Shown here: positions 1 through 8,074 of the stretch, piece after piece
Layout: every line of letters starts with the position of its first letter
Position numbering within the stretch: position 1 is the first letter of the stretch
Source: a virus
Lineage: Duplodnaviria > Caudoviricetes
Virus record (IMG/VR): IMGVR_UViG_3300044639_000670
Span: 1 to 24,718 of that record
DNA: 24,718 bases
Reading direction: 5' to 3' (one strand)
Translations under genes and position numbers: made by a program
The notes under the pieces: model-generated
What the model was told of the DNA's origin: nothing
Databases searched by the model: none
Seen by the model: only the letters and a program-made list of their open reading frames with translations

Positions 1-19
1 CAACACCAAACACACTGCC

Positions 20-427
20 ATGAATGACCATCAAAAATTCGCCGCCAAGCTCAACGCCGCGCTCGATGAGCGTGGGTGGAGCCAGTCCGAACTCGCCCGC
101 CGCGCCGGGCTTCGCCGCGATGCCGTCTCAACCTACTGCCGGGCCGCTGCAATGCCGTCCAAGGTCTTCCTCGACAAGATTGCGAAGGCGCTCGGCGGGT
201 CTGCGGCGGAGTTGCTCGACGGCAGCTTGCCGCCTGGTTCAGTGGTCCCGCCTGCGGTTGCGCCGAGGTCGAAGCCTGCCGCCGCGCCGAAGCCAAAGCC
301 CGCGGTGGTCCGCTCGTCGCCCGCTGGAATCGAGTTGCGCCAGGAGGCGGCCGGCGAGTTGCGCCTGTGCATCGACCGGGTGGTGACGGTGGAGCAGGCG
401 ATGAAGATCCTGACGATTCTCTCTTAG
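20..427 (+). CDS. XRE/Cro-CI family helix-turn-helix transcriptional regulator
   Basis: N-terminal 'LNAALDERGWSQSELARRAGLRRDAVSTYCRAAAMPSKVFLDKIAKALG' is a typical XRE HTH, followed by a Pro/Ala linker and a short C-terminal domain. Its stop overlaps the endolysin stop (TTAG, 424-427). Confidence 0.88.
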   Translation: MNDHQKFAAKLNAALDERGWSQSELARRAGLRRDAVSTYCRAAAMPSKVFLDKIAKALGGSAAELLDGSLPPGSVVPPAVAPRSKPAAAPKPKPAVVRSSPAGIELRQEAAGELRLCIDRVVTVEQAMKILTILS

Positions 428-900
428 GCGAACCGGATGCGGCTGCGGATCACGGTGAGGTTGCGCTCTTTCGCATACACTCCGTCGCCGAGGCGTCCGC
501 CGGCGGCGTTGGTATTGCCTTCCACCGTGGGGACGTTGCCGTCTGCGTCGGGCGGGCCGGTGGCGATGCCGATGTGGCTGAAGCGAAAGACCACGATGTC
601 GCCGCGTTTCACGTCGCCCATGTGCGGTTTGCGGAGTTTCACCGTCTCATCGACGCTGCGGCACCACCGCTCGAAGTCCCACGCGCCGGCAGTCATTGGC
701 AAAGGGAAGCTGACCTTGGTCTTGCCGACCGCGGCCTTGACAGACCAGCAGACGAACGCCGCGCACCACGGCCACGCGCCGACCGGCAGCCACGTCGCCC
801 GTTGGTATTCCTCGATCTTGAATCCGCCGTTGGGCTTGTTTTCCCGCACACCGATTTGTGATTCGGCGGCGGCTGCGATGAGTTCGGGTAGGTTGGACAT
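424..900 (-). CDS. CHAP (NlpC/P60-superfamily) peptidoglycan hydrolase, probable endolysin
   Basis: Motifs 'AESQIGVRE', 'PWCAAFV' (catalytic Cys), 'GDIVVF..SHIGI' (His), 'TVEGNT'. No signal peptide or cell-wall binding domain seen. Confidence 0.85.
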   Translation of the reverse strand: MSNLPELIAAAAESQIGVRENKPNGGFKIEEYQRATWLPVGAWPWCAAFVCWSVKAAVGKTKVSFPLPMTAGAWDFERWCRSVDETVKLRKPHMGDVKRGDIVVFRFSHIGIATGPPDADGNVPTVEGNTNAAGGRLGDGVYAKERNLTVIRSRIRFA

Positions 901-905
901 AAATC

Positions 906-3900
906 TCAGAATCCTGGGGATTTTTTCTTCATCGGCCCGCCCTTCATGGGTGGTCCGGCCACTGTCTTGACCAGCGCCTCACGGGTGCCTGGGTGGTTGA
1001 ATGCTTGGATGAGCGGGGTGGCGATCTTGTAGCCGGGGAGGGTCGCTGTCGCGGCGTTGGCGAGCGGCTTGGCGGTGAAGTCGAAGATCGAGCGGGTCAG
1101 CTTGCGCTCGTGGGTGTTGGTGTTGGGTGAATCCTTCTTGCCGCCGATGCCAGCGATCTGCCCGAAGATCGAACCAGCCAGTCCGCCTGACGGACCGAGT
1201 GCCGCCGTGGACGGGTCGCCGCCGTGGCGTGCGCCCGTCATGGCGTTGAAGAGGATGTCGTAGCCACCGAAGAACGACGAGCGGGTGGCCACCGAGTAGG
1301 CGCGCATCCGGGCTTTTTCCGCCGGGGTCTTGTTCTCCTCCTTCATCCGGGCGGGATCTGAGAAGAGAGACTCGCGGAGCACTTGGATGCCGTATTGCGC
1401 GGCGGCCAGGGTGGCGACGGCTTGCACCGTCTCGCCGATCATCTTCGTCCGCTCCGCCGCAGACAGTTTTTCCATCGCACCATCGACCAGCGTCTCGCCC
1501 TTCACTGCCGTCTGCACGAGGCGGGCGTGGCGGGAGAGCACTTGGTCTTGGAAGGCGAAGAGGAACGACTTGAGCGCGTAGAACATGCCCCCGACCGGCG
1601 AGTTGGCGTGCTGGGGGCGGGTGCCGCGCAGGACTTGCAGCGATCCGCCGGACATTCTGACGAGGTGCAGCGCGTCCCGATACATCTTTGCTTCCGGCGT
1701 GTCTGCGGTCAGCAGCTTCACTTTGTCGGTGGACTTGGCGAAGTCGTCGGTGAACTTGAGCATCGCCGGGATGTCGGCGGTGGTGATGCCGATCTCGTTG
1801 AGGTGCTTGCCAGCGACCGTCTTGTATTTGCCGCCCGCCTGCCGCAGTTCGAGCTGGGTGCGGATGAATCCGTGGCTGATGTCCACCGAGGCGGCGTGGG
1901 TCGCGTTGGTCAGCGCGGTGAGCCAGGTCTTCGCGTGGAACATGGCCACCAGTTCGCCGCTCTTGCCTGCCACCGCGTAGCTGTCGAGGAAGCGGTTGGC
2001 GGCGAGGATCGAGTTGAAGCCGTCATTGCTGGTGCCGATGGCATTCGAGATGATCCGTGCCTCGTCGGGGCCGAGTCCGCGCAGCTCGCGGGCCATGCCT
2101 TTGAATGTTTTGACGTAGCCCTCGCCGACGGCGCGCAGCGATCCGGCACGGATGCCCGCCAGCGCAGGCTCGCCGAGCGAGGAGAACGCGGAGCGGGCGA
2201 GGAAGGCAAGCTGGGTGTGGGTGTGGGCGATCTCCAGCGCGGTCCGCATCGCCGGGCTGTCTTGGCCGCCCAGGTTGAAGTGCTCCTTCAAGAGCGTGGC
2301 GGCCATCGGGATCATGTCGGGGTTGCCCTCGTCGATGAGGTCTTGGCGGAGTTTTTTCCACTTCGCCATCGGGTCGATCTCGCCGTTCGGGCGCGGGTTC
2401 CCTTGTGGGTCCAACGCGGGACCGGAGAATGTGCGGGCCACGCCGGCAGCGCGCACCGAGTCACCGATCTCGCGGCGGAGGATGGCGTCCGGGTCGCGGA
2501 GGTAGAACTTGCCGAGCAGTTGGTCCGCCTCGGGGCCGAACTCACGGGACTTCATCGACGACGGGTTGCCGTTGTTGTGGCTGAACAGGTCGTTGCCGTC
2601 CGACGTGATTCCCACCTCGTCGGCTTCGATGTTGGTCAGATATTTCCTCGCGCTGTCTGCGGCGTCCCGTTTGGCAATCTCCGCCAACTCCGTCTGGATC
2701 GTCGCCAGCCGGTCCTTGTTCTTGATTGGGTCGAGACCAGCGGCCTCCTTGTTGAGTGCTGCCACTTCTGCCCGCCACTTCGCCTTGTAGGCGTTGGCGG
2801 CCTGCTTCATGAACTCATCCGGGTTGCCAAGGATCGTCGGACGGTCGAGCACGCGGCGCATCGAGCGCGGCCCCACGTCGCCCACCTCCACGCCGGAGTC
2901 CTTCATGTGCTTGAGCAGGTCTTCGCGGATCTTGACGTAGGCTTCGACGGCCCGCTTCAACTGCGGTTGGTTGACAAGCTCACCGTCGCGGCTGGCGTCG
3001 GTGATGTGGTCGCCCACGCGCTCCATGAACGCCTTGCGCTCGCCACGCGGCATCGCGTTGAGCATCGGGTTGAGGTCGGTCTTAATCTGGTCGAGGTGGT
3101 TGGCGAAGGTGGTCACGTCGCGGTTCATCTCCAGGTCGGTCGAGACGCGGTGAACGCCGTCCTTGCCCTTGGCGAGTCCGACAAGATCCTCGGTCCATTT
3201 GCCCCATGCGTTGCTCTTGTTGCCAGTGATATTGCCTTCGGCGAGGTGGCGCATCTTGTTGCCGATGCCCGTCATGTAGGTGGCGTGGAAGTTGGTGGCG
3301 AACTGCTTGACGTTGGTCAGCGGCGCGCCCTTGGTGAACGAGTCCACCATCTTGCGCGTCCCGTCGATGGCGTTGTCCGCCCACTCGCCCCACTCGCGCT
3401 GGCTGTCTGTGGTGCGCGACAGACGCTTGTCGCGGGCGAACATCATGTCCTTGAAAATCTTGTCGCCCTTTGCCTTGATGTAGGGCGCTTGGTCAGGGAA
3501 GCGGGTTGCCAGCGCGGCGATCAGGTCTTGCTGGGTCGGCGTCTTGCCCTGGGCGACGAGTTCCTCCGCGATCTTCGGCATCTCCAGCATGAGCTTCGCA
3601 TCGCGCTCGCCAGCGAATCGAAGGGAGTCTTGTGACTTGGCGATCAGAGCCGCCTTGATCGTTGCCTCTTCATCTCTTGAAAGTTGGCGGGTCTTCTTGA
3701 TGTCTGCGATGACAGTCCGCACGGCCTTGCCGATACGAACGCCAGTCTCCATGAGCTTGATGACAGATGTAAGTGCAGCGTCGTAGGCTTGCGCTCCGAG
3801 GATGTCGATGGGCATCGAGTTTATCCGGCCCGACTTCTGCTCGCCCTTGATCCAGCCCTTCACCTCGTCTTGGTGGGCCTTGAGTCCGTCGATGAGGGAC

Positions 3901-6900
3901 TTCTGCTTGGGCGTATCCCTGCGCTCATTGAACAGCGGCGTGTCGCCTTCGCCAAAGATGTCGGGTGTCAGGTCGCCCGCGCTGCCCTTGAGCGGTGCTG
4001 ACTGCCGCTTGGCAAGCTCCTCCCGCTGCTTGGCTGCCGCTTGCTCCGCTTTGATCTCAGCGTCCGACTCGTGCGGCTTGAGCACAAGCGGTTCCTCCTT
4101 GGGCGATGTTACAGCTTCCCTTCCAGATACAGTTCCAGCAGTGTCTTCGGTTTTGGTGATGATTTTTTGGGCATATCTTGAAGGGTCAGAGTGTTTAAGT
4201 TGGATAGGGTCTAGGAAGACGGAAATGTTTTGTTCGACGCCATCGACGCGAGCGCCATTTATCATGACGCTATCGAACCCATCGGCTTTTAATTTTGCGT
4301 GATAAGCTTCAGCGCCTGGGAAGTAAGCATCCTCCCACGCTTTTGATTTTTTGCCGTATTTCGGGATCTGTTGGGTGTTCCCTTTATTAATCCTTATCCG
4401 CTCCGATTCAATATGTTCAGCTACATACCTCCTAATATCTGCTGGAGTCTGGGCAGTAAGCGCGTTGACAGCACGAGGGTAGGCGGTCTTTGCGTAGTCT
4501 CTTGCCCAATCCATCCACGAATTTTCGCCACGGTAGTTTTTTGGAGCCTCTGACTTACCATAAAGTTTATGGATATTGTCGCCGTATTTCCTAGCACTTG
4601 ATTTTTCCTGTGTCGTCCAAATCCCCCAGCTTTCAAAGTCATCCCCTTCGCCTTGTCCTGCCTTTCGGTTTAATTGCGATGTGATCTCTCTTGGTGTTCC
4701 ATGATACACCACGTTTTGGTGACCGGATTCTGTTGCATCGTCGTCAATCAATCGCTGGGCGGTATCCATGTCGCCACGACGAACTGCTGACTCAATACTG
4801 CTTACGCGAGAAGCTGAAACCTCCTTCGCCGCTTGTCGAGCGGTGCGTGCCTCGTCTGCGGGCTTGCTTCCGAATCTTTCGGAAAGAGGAATGATCCTAC
4901 CGGATGAATCGCGAACGACGGGTTCTGCGGAGTGAATCTGTGCAGGGTCAAAAGCGACCTTGAAACCGCTTTGAGCCAAATCAGCACCATCAAAACCTTC
5001 AGCTTTTAGGGAATCTATTGTGATCCGCTTGCGGGCAATCTCCTCGTCAAATATGCGGGCGGGGTTCTTGATTTTTGCGAACAGTCGATAAACCTGCCCA
5101 TCGAGACCAGCGTAAGTGGTTGCATCGTAGGAAGACCCATCAATCTCTGGATTCCCGCCCCTGCTGCGAGTGAGCCAAATGCCTTGGGAATGAAGTGATT
5201 TCTGATCCCGAGTCGAACCGGGGCGGATCAATTCAGAAAATTTGGTGATGCCCTTTTTACCGCCGTGATACCAAGGTTTCCCCAATCCTGCGGATTCACC
5301 AGCTTCATCCACGAGCCTTTGTTGCGTGACCTCATCACCGCTTTCGACGGCTTTTGTATAGGCCGCATCATGTTCCGGCGTAAGCGGTTTGGGCTTAACT
5401 CCATCATACTTCGCCGCTTGTCGAGCGGTGCGTGCCTCGTCTGCGGCAATGGCGTCGGGCGCATCCTGGGCGAGCCGTGCCTTCTGCTCGGCAAACTCGT
5501 CTGCCTGTCTGCGGGTGGCTGCTTCGTCTGCGGCGAGAGATTCCTCGCCGATGCGAGATTTCGCTTGCTTGAGATTGTCTGCCGGGATCGGTTGATCCAC
5601 TGGCACCACCTGATCGCCGAACCTGTCGTGGTCGCGGAGCGTGACAGTATCGTCGGTGACTTTCGCCACCGTGATCGGCTCGCCGTCGATGGTGAGCGTG
5701 TCGCCCTTCTCCAGTCCCAGCTCGTCGGGAGTCGCCTTGCTGACGGCGGGGGCTTCCTCCACCGCTTTGTCAAACTCGACAAGTTGCCGTTCTTGGCGGT
5801 CGTAGATCGCGTCGAGCGCGTCCGTCGCATCGCGGGTTTTGCCACGGGCGATGTCCTCGACCTCGCTGCGGAGTTCCGCCCACAAATCCCCGGCGGTTTT
5901 GCCAGCAACGGCATTGTCAGGCCCGCTGGCGGTAGTGCTGTCGTGAGTGTCGTAGATGGACTTGAGGAAATGCCTCGCGGCTTCGCGGCCGGCAGGGGTT
6001 CCCGGCATTTCGTCGATGTCAGACAACTTGATATAGCCGTCGTATTCCCCGCTCTTCTTGTTGAACGCGAGGAAGTTCTTCTCCCTCGACGAAAGCGGCG
6101 TCCCCGCGGCTTCCTTGCCAAGAATGAGCGCCAGTTGCGGCGACGGCATCTTGATGCGGGTTCCCACTTCTTTCAAGCTGTTGAACCCAGGGAAAGCAGG
6201 CAACGAATCCTCGACGGCCCGCAGCAGGTTGTTGGCTGCCGCAGACAAGGTTTTCACGAAGCGCGGGATCTCAGCCTTGGTTTCCGCCAGCGTTGCCTTC
6301 CTTTGGTTTTGAAGGTCTTGAAGCGCGGCGAGCTTTTTCTCGTTGGTCGAGATACCTCGCGGCAGTTTCCCGTCTTTCTTCATCTGGTCGATCTTCTGGC
6401 GCTGCGCCAGGATCTGCCGCCCGAGATCCTCGATCTCCGCCTTGAGATTGTTGGCACGGGTGCGCGCTGAAAGTTCCCGTGCTGCCGGGGTGGTAGGCGT
6501 CACCGGGACCGGGACCGGCGCGGGCGGCTCCACCGCAGTGCGGAGCCGGCTGGCAACTTCGGTCGAGTTGAATGGCCGCTGACCAAGCTGCCTCGATGGC
6601 TCCGCCGGAGCGGGTGGTAGCGCGGGCCGCGATTCAGCGACTGGCACTGCCGGGATTTCCGCCTGCGGGATGACTTCCGGCGCTGGGCTGTCTGTGAAGG
6701 TGTCCTGCCCGATTTTGATCTTCGCGGGACCGAGCACCTCGGGACCAAGCGGACCATCCACAAACGGGCGATCTACGGACGGGCCGAGCATCGTCGGTCC
6801 ATCGGGTGCAACCACCGCGGGTGATCTCAATGGCAGCGATTGCTCGATGGCAGGGAAATTGCTGCCAACACGCGGACCTTCGACCAGCGGGCCAAGCGGG

Positions 6901-8072
6901 CCGTCCATCGTCGGAGAGTCGATCTGCGGTCCTCTGACTTGAGGCGGCGCGAGCGGTTCTGGTCCTTGCCACGCTTCACGGGGAAGAGTCTCGCCTACGA
7001 TGGGACCACGCGGACCCTCGACCAGCGGCCCTCGGACGATTGGTCCCTCGACCACCGGCCCTCTGACCATCGGACCACGCACCTGCGGGCCACCGTCGAA
7101 GGTGAGTGGCTCGGACACGGGCGGCGGCGTCTCCAACGGCTGCGCCGTCTTGAGACGGTTCGCCAGCGCGTTCGACTCCATGATGTCGAATGCGCGTGAT
7201 GGGTTCAACCCGTCGCCCACCATCGGAGTGACCACGGCCGCATTTGTTTCTATGGGAACCACGCCGGCCGTTACCGGCAAACCCGTTGCAGGATCTCCCT
7301 GCACACCATACTGCGAATCCGTGGAAAGGGGTGGCTGGCCGCGACCGATGCGGTGCATCCAGCCTCGATTAAACACCAGACCGAGGCCAGCCTGCTCGGC
7401 CAAGCCCACACCGTCTGCGCCATGAGCTGCACCCAGCCCGACGCCGACGCCAGCGCCGACAATCGGTTCGAGGATGTCGTTCGACGCTTGCCGGGCAGCC
7501 ACAGTGGCACCTGGCCGCAGCCCCGTGCCAAGCACTTGTCTGCCTTCCGCTGTCATCAAGCGGGGGATGGCCATCACGCCGCGCAACGGCCCAGGAGCAC
7601 CGCCGCCGCCAATGGCACCACCGAGCATGGTGGACCACTTGTTCGCGGCCATGTCCTGCTCGGCGGACTTCGTTCCCATGAACGAGTCGGGCGCGATGGC
7701 GTCTGCCGCCACGTCTGAAATTTTGCGCGCACCCATGAACCCAGCCACGCCGCCACCCACGGCACCGAGCGCAACCGTCACCGGGTTGAGGCCGGCCGCC
7801 CCGAGGGCCGCACCGGACGCGCTGCCCGACGCAAATCCCGCAAGCCCAGGCCCGAACGAGCGCGCCGCCTCGCGGATGAACGACCCGCCCATGCTGGGGG
7901 CGTTCTGAGCGGCGGTCTGCGCGTCCATCGCCTGCTGCGCCATAAGGCCCACGGCGGATGGTGGCGCGGATCGCGGGAGGTTCCGTTGGATCGCGGTTGA
8001 GATGTCTGCGTCAGTCATCCCGTCTGGAAATGACACTTGGCCCATTCCGGGGACTTCAATGATCTGAGGCAT
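906..8072 (-). CDS. Giant internal virion/ejection protein (2388 aa), polyvalent type, with two ADP-ribosyltransferase-like modules
   Basis: Last and largest gene of the ejection block. N-terminal 'IEVPGMGQVSFPDGMTDADI' motif, Gly/Ala-rich hydrophobic segments, Pro-rich linker, coiled coils, two YHG-type ART-like modules, long helical C-terminal part. Confidence 0.8.
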   Translation of the reverse strand: MPQIIEVPGMGQVSFPDGMTDADISTAIQRNLPRSAPPSAVGLMAQQAMDAQTAAQNAPSMGGSFIREAARSFGPGLAGFASGSASGAALGAAGLNPVTVALGAVGGGVAGFMGARKISDVAADAIAPDSFMGTKSAEQDMAANKWSTMLGGAIGGGGAPGPLRGVMAIPRLMTAEGRQVLGTGLRPGATVAARQASNDILEPIVGAGVGVGLGAAHGADGVGLAEQAGLGLVFNRGWMHRIGRGQPPLSTDSQYGVQGDPATGLPVTAGVVPIETNAAVVTPMVGDGLNPSRAFDIMESNALANRLKTAQPLETPPPVSEPLTFDGGPQVRGPMVRGPVVEGPIVRGPLVEGPRGPIVGETLPREAWQGPEPLAPPQVRGPQIDSPTMDGPLGPLVEGPRVGSNFPAIEQSLPLRSPAVVAPDGPTMLGPSVDRPFVDGPLGPEVLGPAKIKIGQDTFTDSPAPEVIPQAEIPAVPVAESRPALPPAPAEPSRQLGQRPFNSTEVASRLRTAVEPPAPVPVPVTPTTPAARELSARTRANNLKAEIEDLGRQILAQRQKIDQMKKDGKLPRGISTNEKKLAALQDLQNQRKATLAETKAEIPRFVKTLSAAANNLLRAVEDSLPAFPGFNSLKEVGTRIKMPSPQLALILGKEAAGTPLSSREKNFLAFNKKSGEYDGYIKLSDIDEMPGTPAGREAARHFLKSIYDTHDSTTASGPDNAVAGKTAGDLWAELRSEVEDIARGKTRDATDALDAIYDRQERQLVEFDKAVEEAPAVSKATPDELGLEKGDTLTIDGEPITVAKVTDDTVTLRDHDRFGDQVVPVDQPIPADNLKQAKSRIGEESLAADEAATRRQADEFAEQKARLAQDAPDAIAADEARTARQAAKYDGVKPKPLTPEHDAAYTKAVESGDEVTQQRLVDEAGESAGLGKPWYHGGKKGITKFSELIRPGSTRDQKSLHSQGIWLTRSRGGNPEIDGSSYDATTYAGLDGQVYRLFAKIKNPARIFDEEIARKRITIDSLKAEGFDGADLAQSGFKVAFDPAQIHSAEPVVRDSSGRIIPLSERFGSKPADEARTARQAAKEVSASRVSSIESAVRRGDMDTAQRLIDDDATESGHQNVVYHGTPREITSQLNRKAGQGEGDDFESWGIWTTQEKSSARKYGDNIHKLYGKSEAPKNYRGENSWMDWARDYAKTAYPRAVNALTAQTPADIRRYVAEHIESERIRINKGNTQQIPKYGKKSKAWEDAYFPGAEAYHAKLKADGFDSVMINGARVDGVEQNISVFLDPIQLKHSDPSRYAQKIITKTEDTAGTVSGREAVTSPKEEPLVLKPHESDAEIKAEQAAAKQREELAKRQSAPLKGSAGDLTPDIFGEGDTPLFNERRDTPKQKSLIDGLKAHQDEVKGWIKGEQKSGRINSMPIDILGAQAYDAALTSVIKLMETGVRIGKAVRTVIADIKKTRQLSRDEEATIKAALIAKSQDSLRFAGERDAKLMLEMPKIAEELVAQGKTPTQQDLIAALATRFPDQAPYIKAKGDKIFKDMMFARDKRLSRTTDSQREWGEWADNAIDGTRKMVDSFTKGAPLTNVKQFATNFHATYMTGIGNKMRHLAEGNITGNKSNAWGKWTEDLVGLAKGKDGVHRVSTDLEMNRDVTTFANHLDQIKTDLNPMLNAMPRGERKAFMERVGDHITDASRDGELVNQPQLKRAVEAYVKIREDLLKHMKDSGVEVGDVGPRSMRRVLDRPTILGNPDEFMKQAANAYKAKWRAEVAALNKEAAGLDPIKNKDRLATIQTELAEIAKRDAADSARKYLTNIEADEVGITSDGNDLFSHNNGNPSSMKSREFGPEADQLLGKFYLRDPDAILRREIGDSVRAAGVARTFSGPALDPQGNPRPNGEIDPMAKWKKLRQDLIDEGNPDMIPMAATLLKEHFNLGGQDSPAMRTALEIAHTHTQLAFLARSAFSSLGEPALAGIRAGSLRAVGEGYVKTFKGMARELRGLGPDEARIISNAIGTSNDGFNSILAANRFLDSYAVAGKSGELVAMFHAKTWLTALTNATHAASVDISHGFIRTQLELRQAGGKYKTVAGKHLNEIGITTADIPAMLKFTDDFAKSTDKVKLLTADTPEAKMYRDALHLVRMSGGSLQVLRGTRPQHANSPVGGMFYALKSFLFAFQDQVLSRHARLVQTAVKGETLVDGAMEKLSAAERTKMIGETVQAVATLAAAQYGIQVLRESLFSDPARMKEENKTPAEKARMRAYSVATRSSFFGGYDILFNAMTGARHGGDPSTAALGPSGGLAGSIFGQIAGIGGKKDSPNTNTHERKLTRSIFDFTAKPLANAATATLPGYKIATPLIQAFNHPGTREALVKTVAGPPMKGGPMKKKSPGF
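4140..4823 (-). other. ART-like (ART-PolyVal-type) module 2 within the giant protein; lower boundary approximate
   Basis: 'AVRRGDMDTAQRLID' leader, 'VYHGT', 'GIWTT..SSARKYG', 'LKADGFDSV', 'VFLDPIQLK'. AT-rich: 22/60 GC at 4381-4440, 23/60 at 4561-4620. Confidence 0.7.
4824..4861. repeat. 38-bp exact direct repeat, copy between the two ART-like modules
   Basis: cttcgccgcttgtcgagcggtgcgtgcctcgtctgcgg, identical to 5409-5446; encodes ADEARTARQAAK on the minus strand. Confidence 0.97.
4862..5408 (-). other. ART-like (ART-PolyVal-type) module 1 within the giant protein
   Basis: 'YTKAVESGDEVTQQRLVDEA' leader, 'WYHGG', 'GIWLT', 'ATTYAG..GQVYRLFAKIKNP', 'LKAEGFDG', 'VAFDPAQIHSA', trailing 'RDSSGRIIPLSERF'. 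Bounded on both sides by the 38-bp repeat. Confidence 0.72.
5409..5446. repeat. 38-bp exact direct repeat, copy upstream (gene sense) of ART-like module 1
   Basis: Identical to 4824-4861; offset 585 bp = 195 codons, so in frame. Confidence 0.97.
5496..5533. repeat. Degenerate third copy of the 38-bp repeat
   Basis: 26/38 identity by manual alignment, last 10 bases identical; encodes ADEAATRRQADE; offset 87 bp from 5409, in frame. Confidence 0.6.
6720..7095 (-). repeat. Imperfect GPxV(R/E/D) pentapeptide (15-bp) repeats in a Pro-rich linker
   Basis: GPQVR-GPMVR-GPVVE-GPIVR-GPLVE-GPRGP, then further units such as PQVRGPQID, PTMDGPLGPLVEGP, PTMLGPSVD, PFVDGPLGPEVLGP. Confidence 0.85.
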
Positions 8073-8074
8073 GA

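Noticed and set aside
20-427. XRE protein as a CI repressor proving a temperate lifestyle
   Set aside because: No S24 peptidase domain, no integrase and no divergent cro arrangement visible; lifestyle cannot be determined from this window.
908-930. Small hairpin AATCC-TGG-GGATT followed by a T run on the plus strand
   Set aside because: Stem too short and AT-rich, and it lies within the coding end of the giant gene; not supportable as a terminator.
1383-3635. 750-aa plus-strand ORF
   Set aside because: Antisense shadow of the giant gene caused by high-GC codon bias; no recognisable motifs.
4824-5533. 38-bp repeats as a CRISPR array or IS target-site duplication
   Set aside because: Only two exact copies, 547 bp of coding sequence between them, no palindrome, no cas or transposase gene, and they are read in frame.
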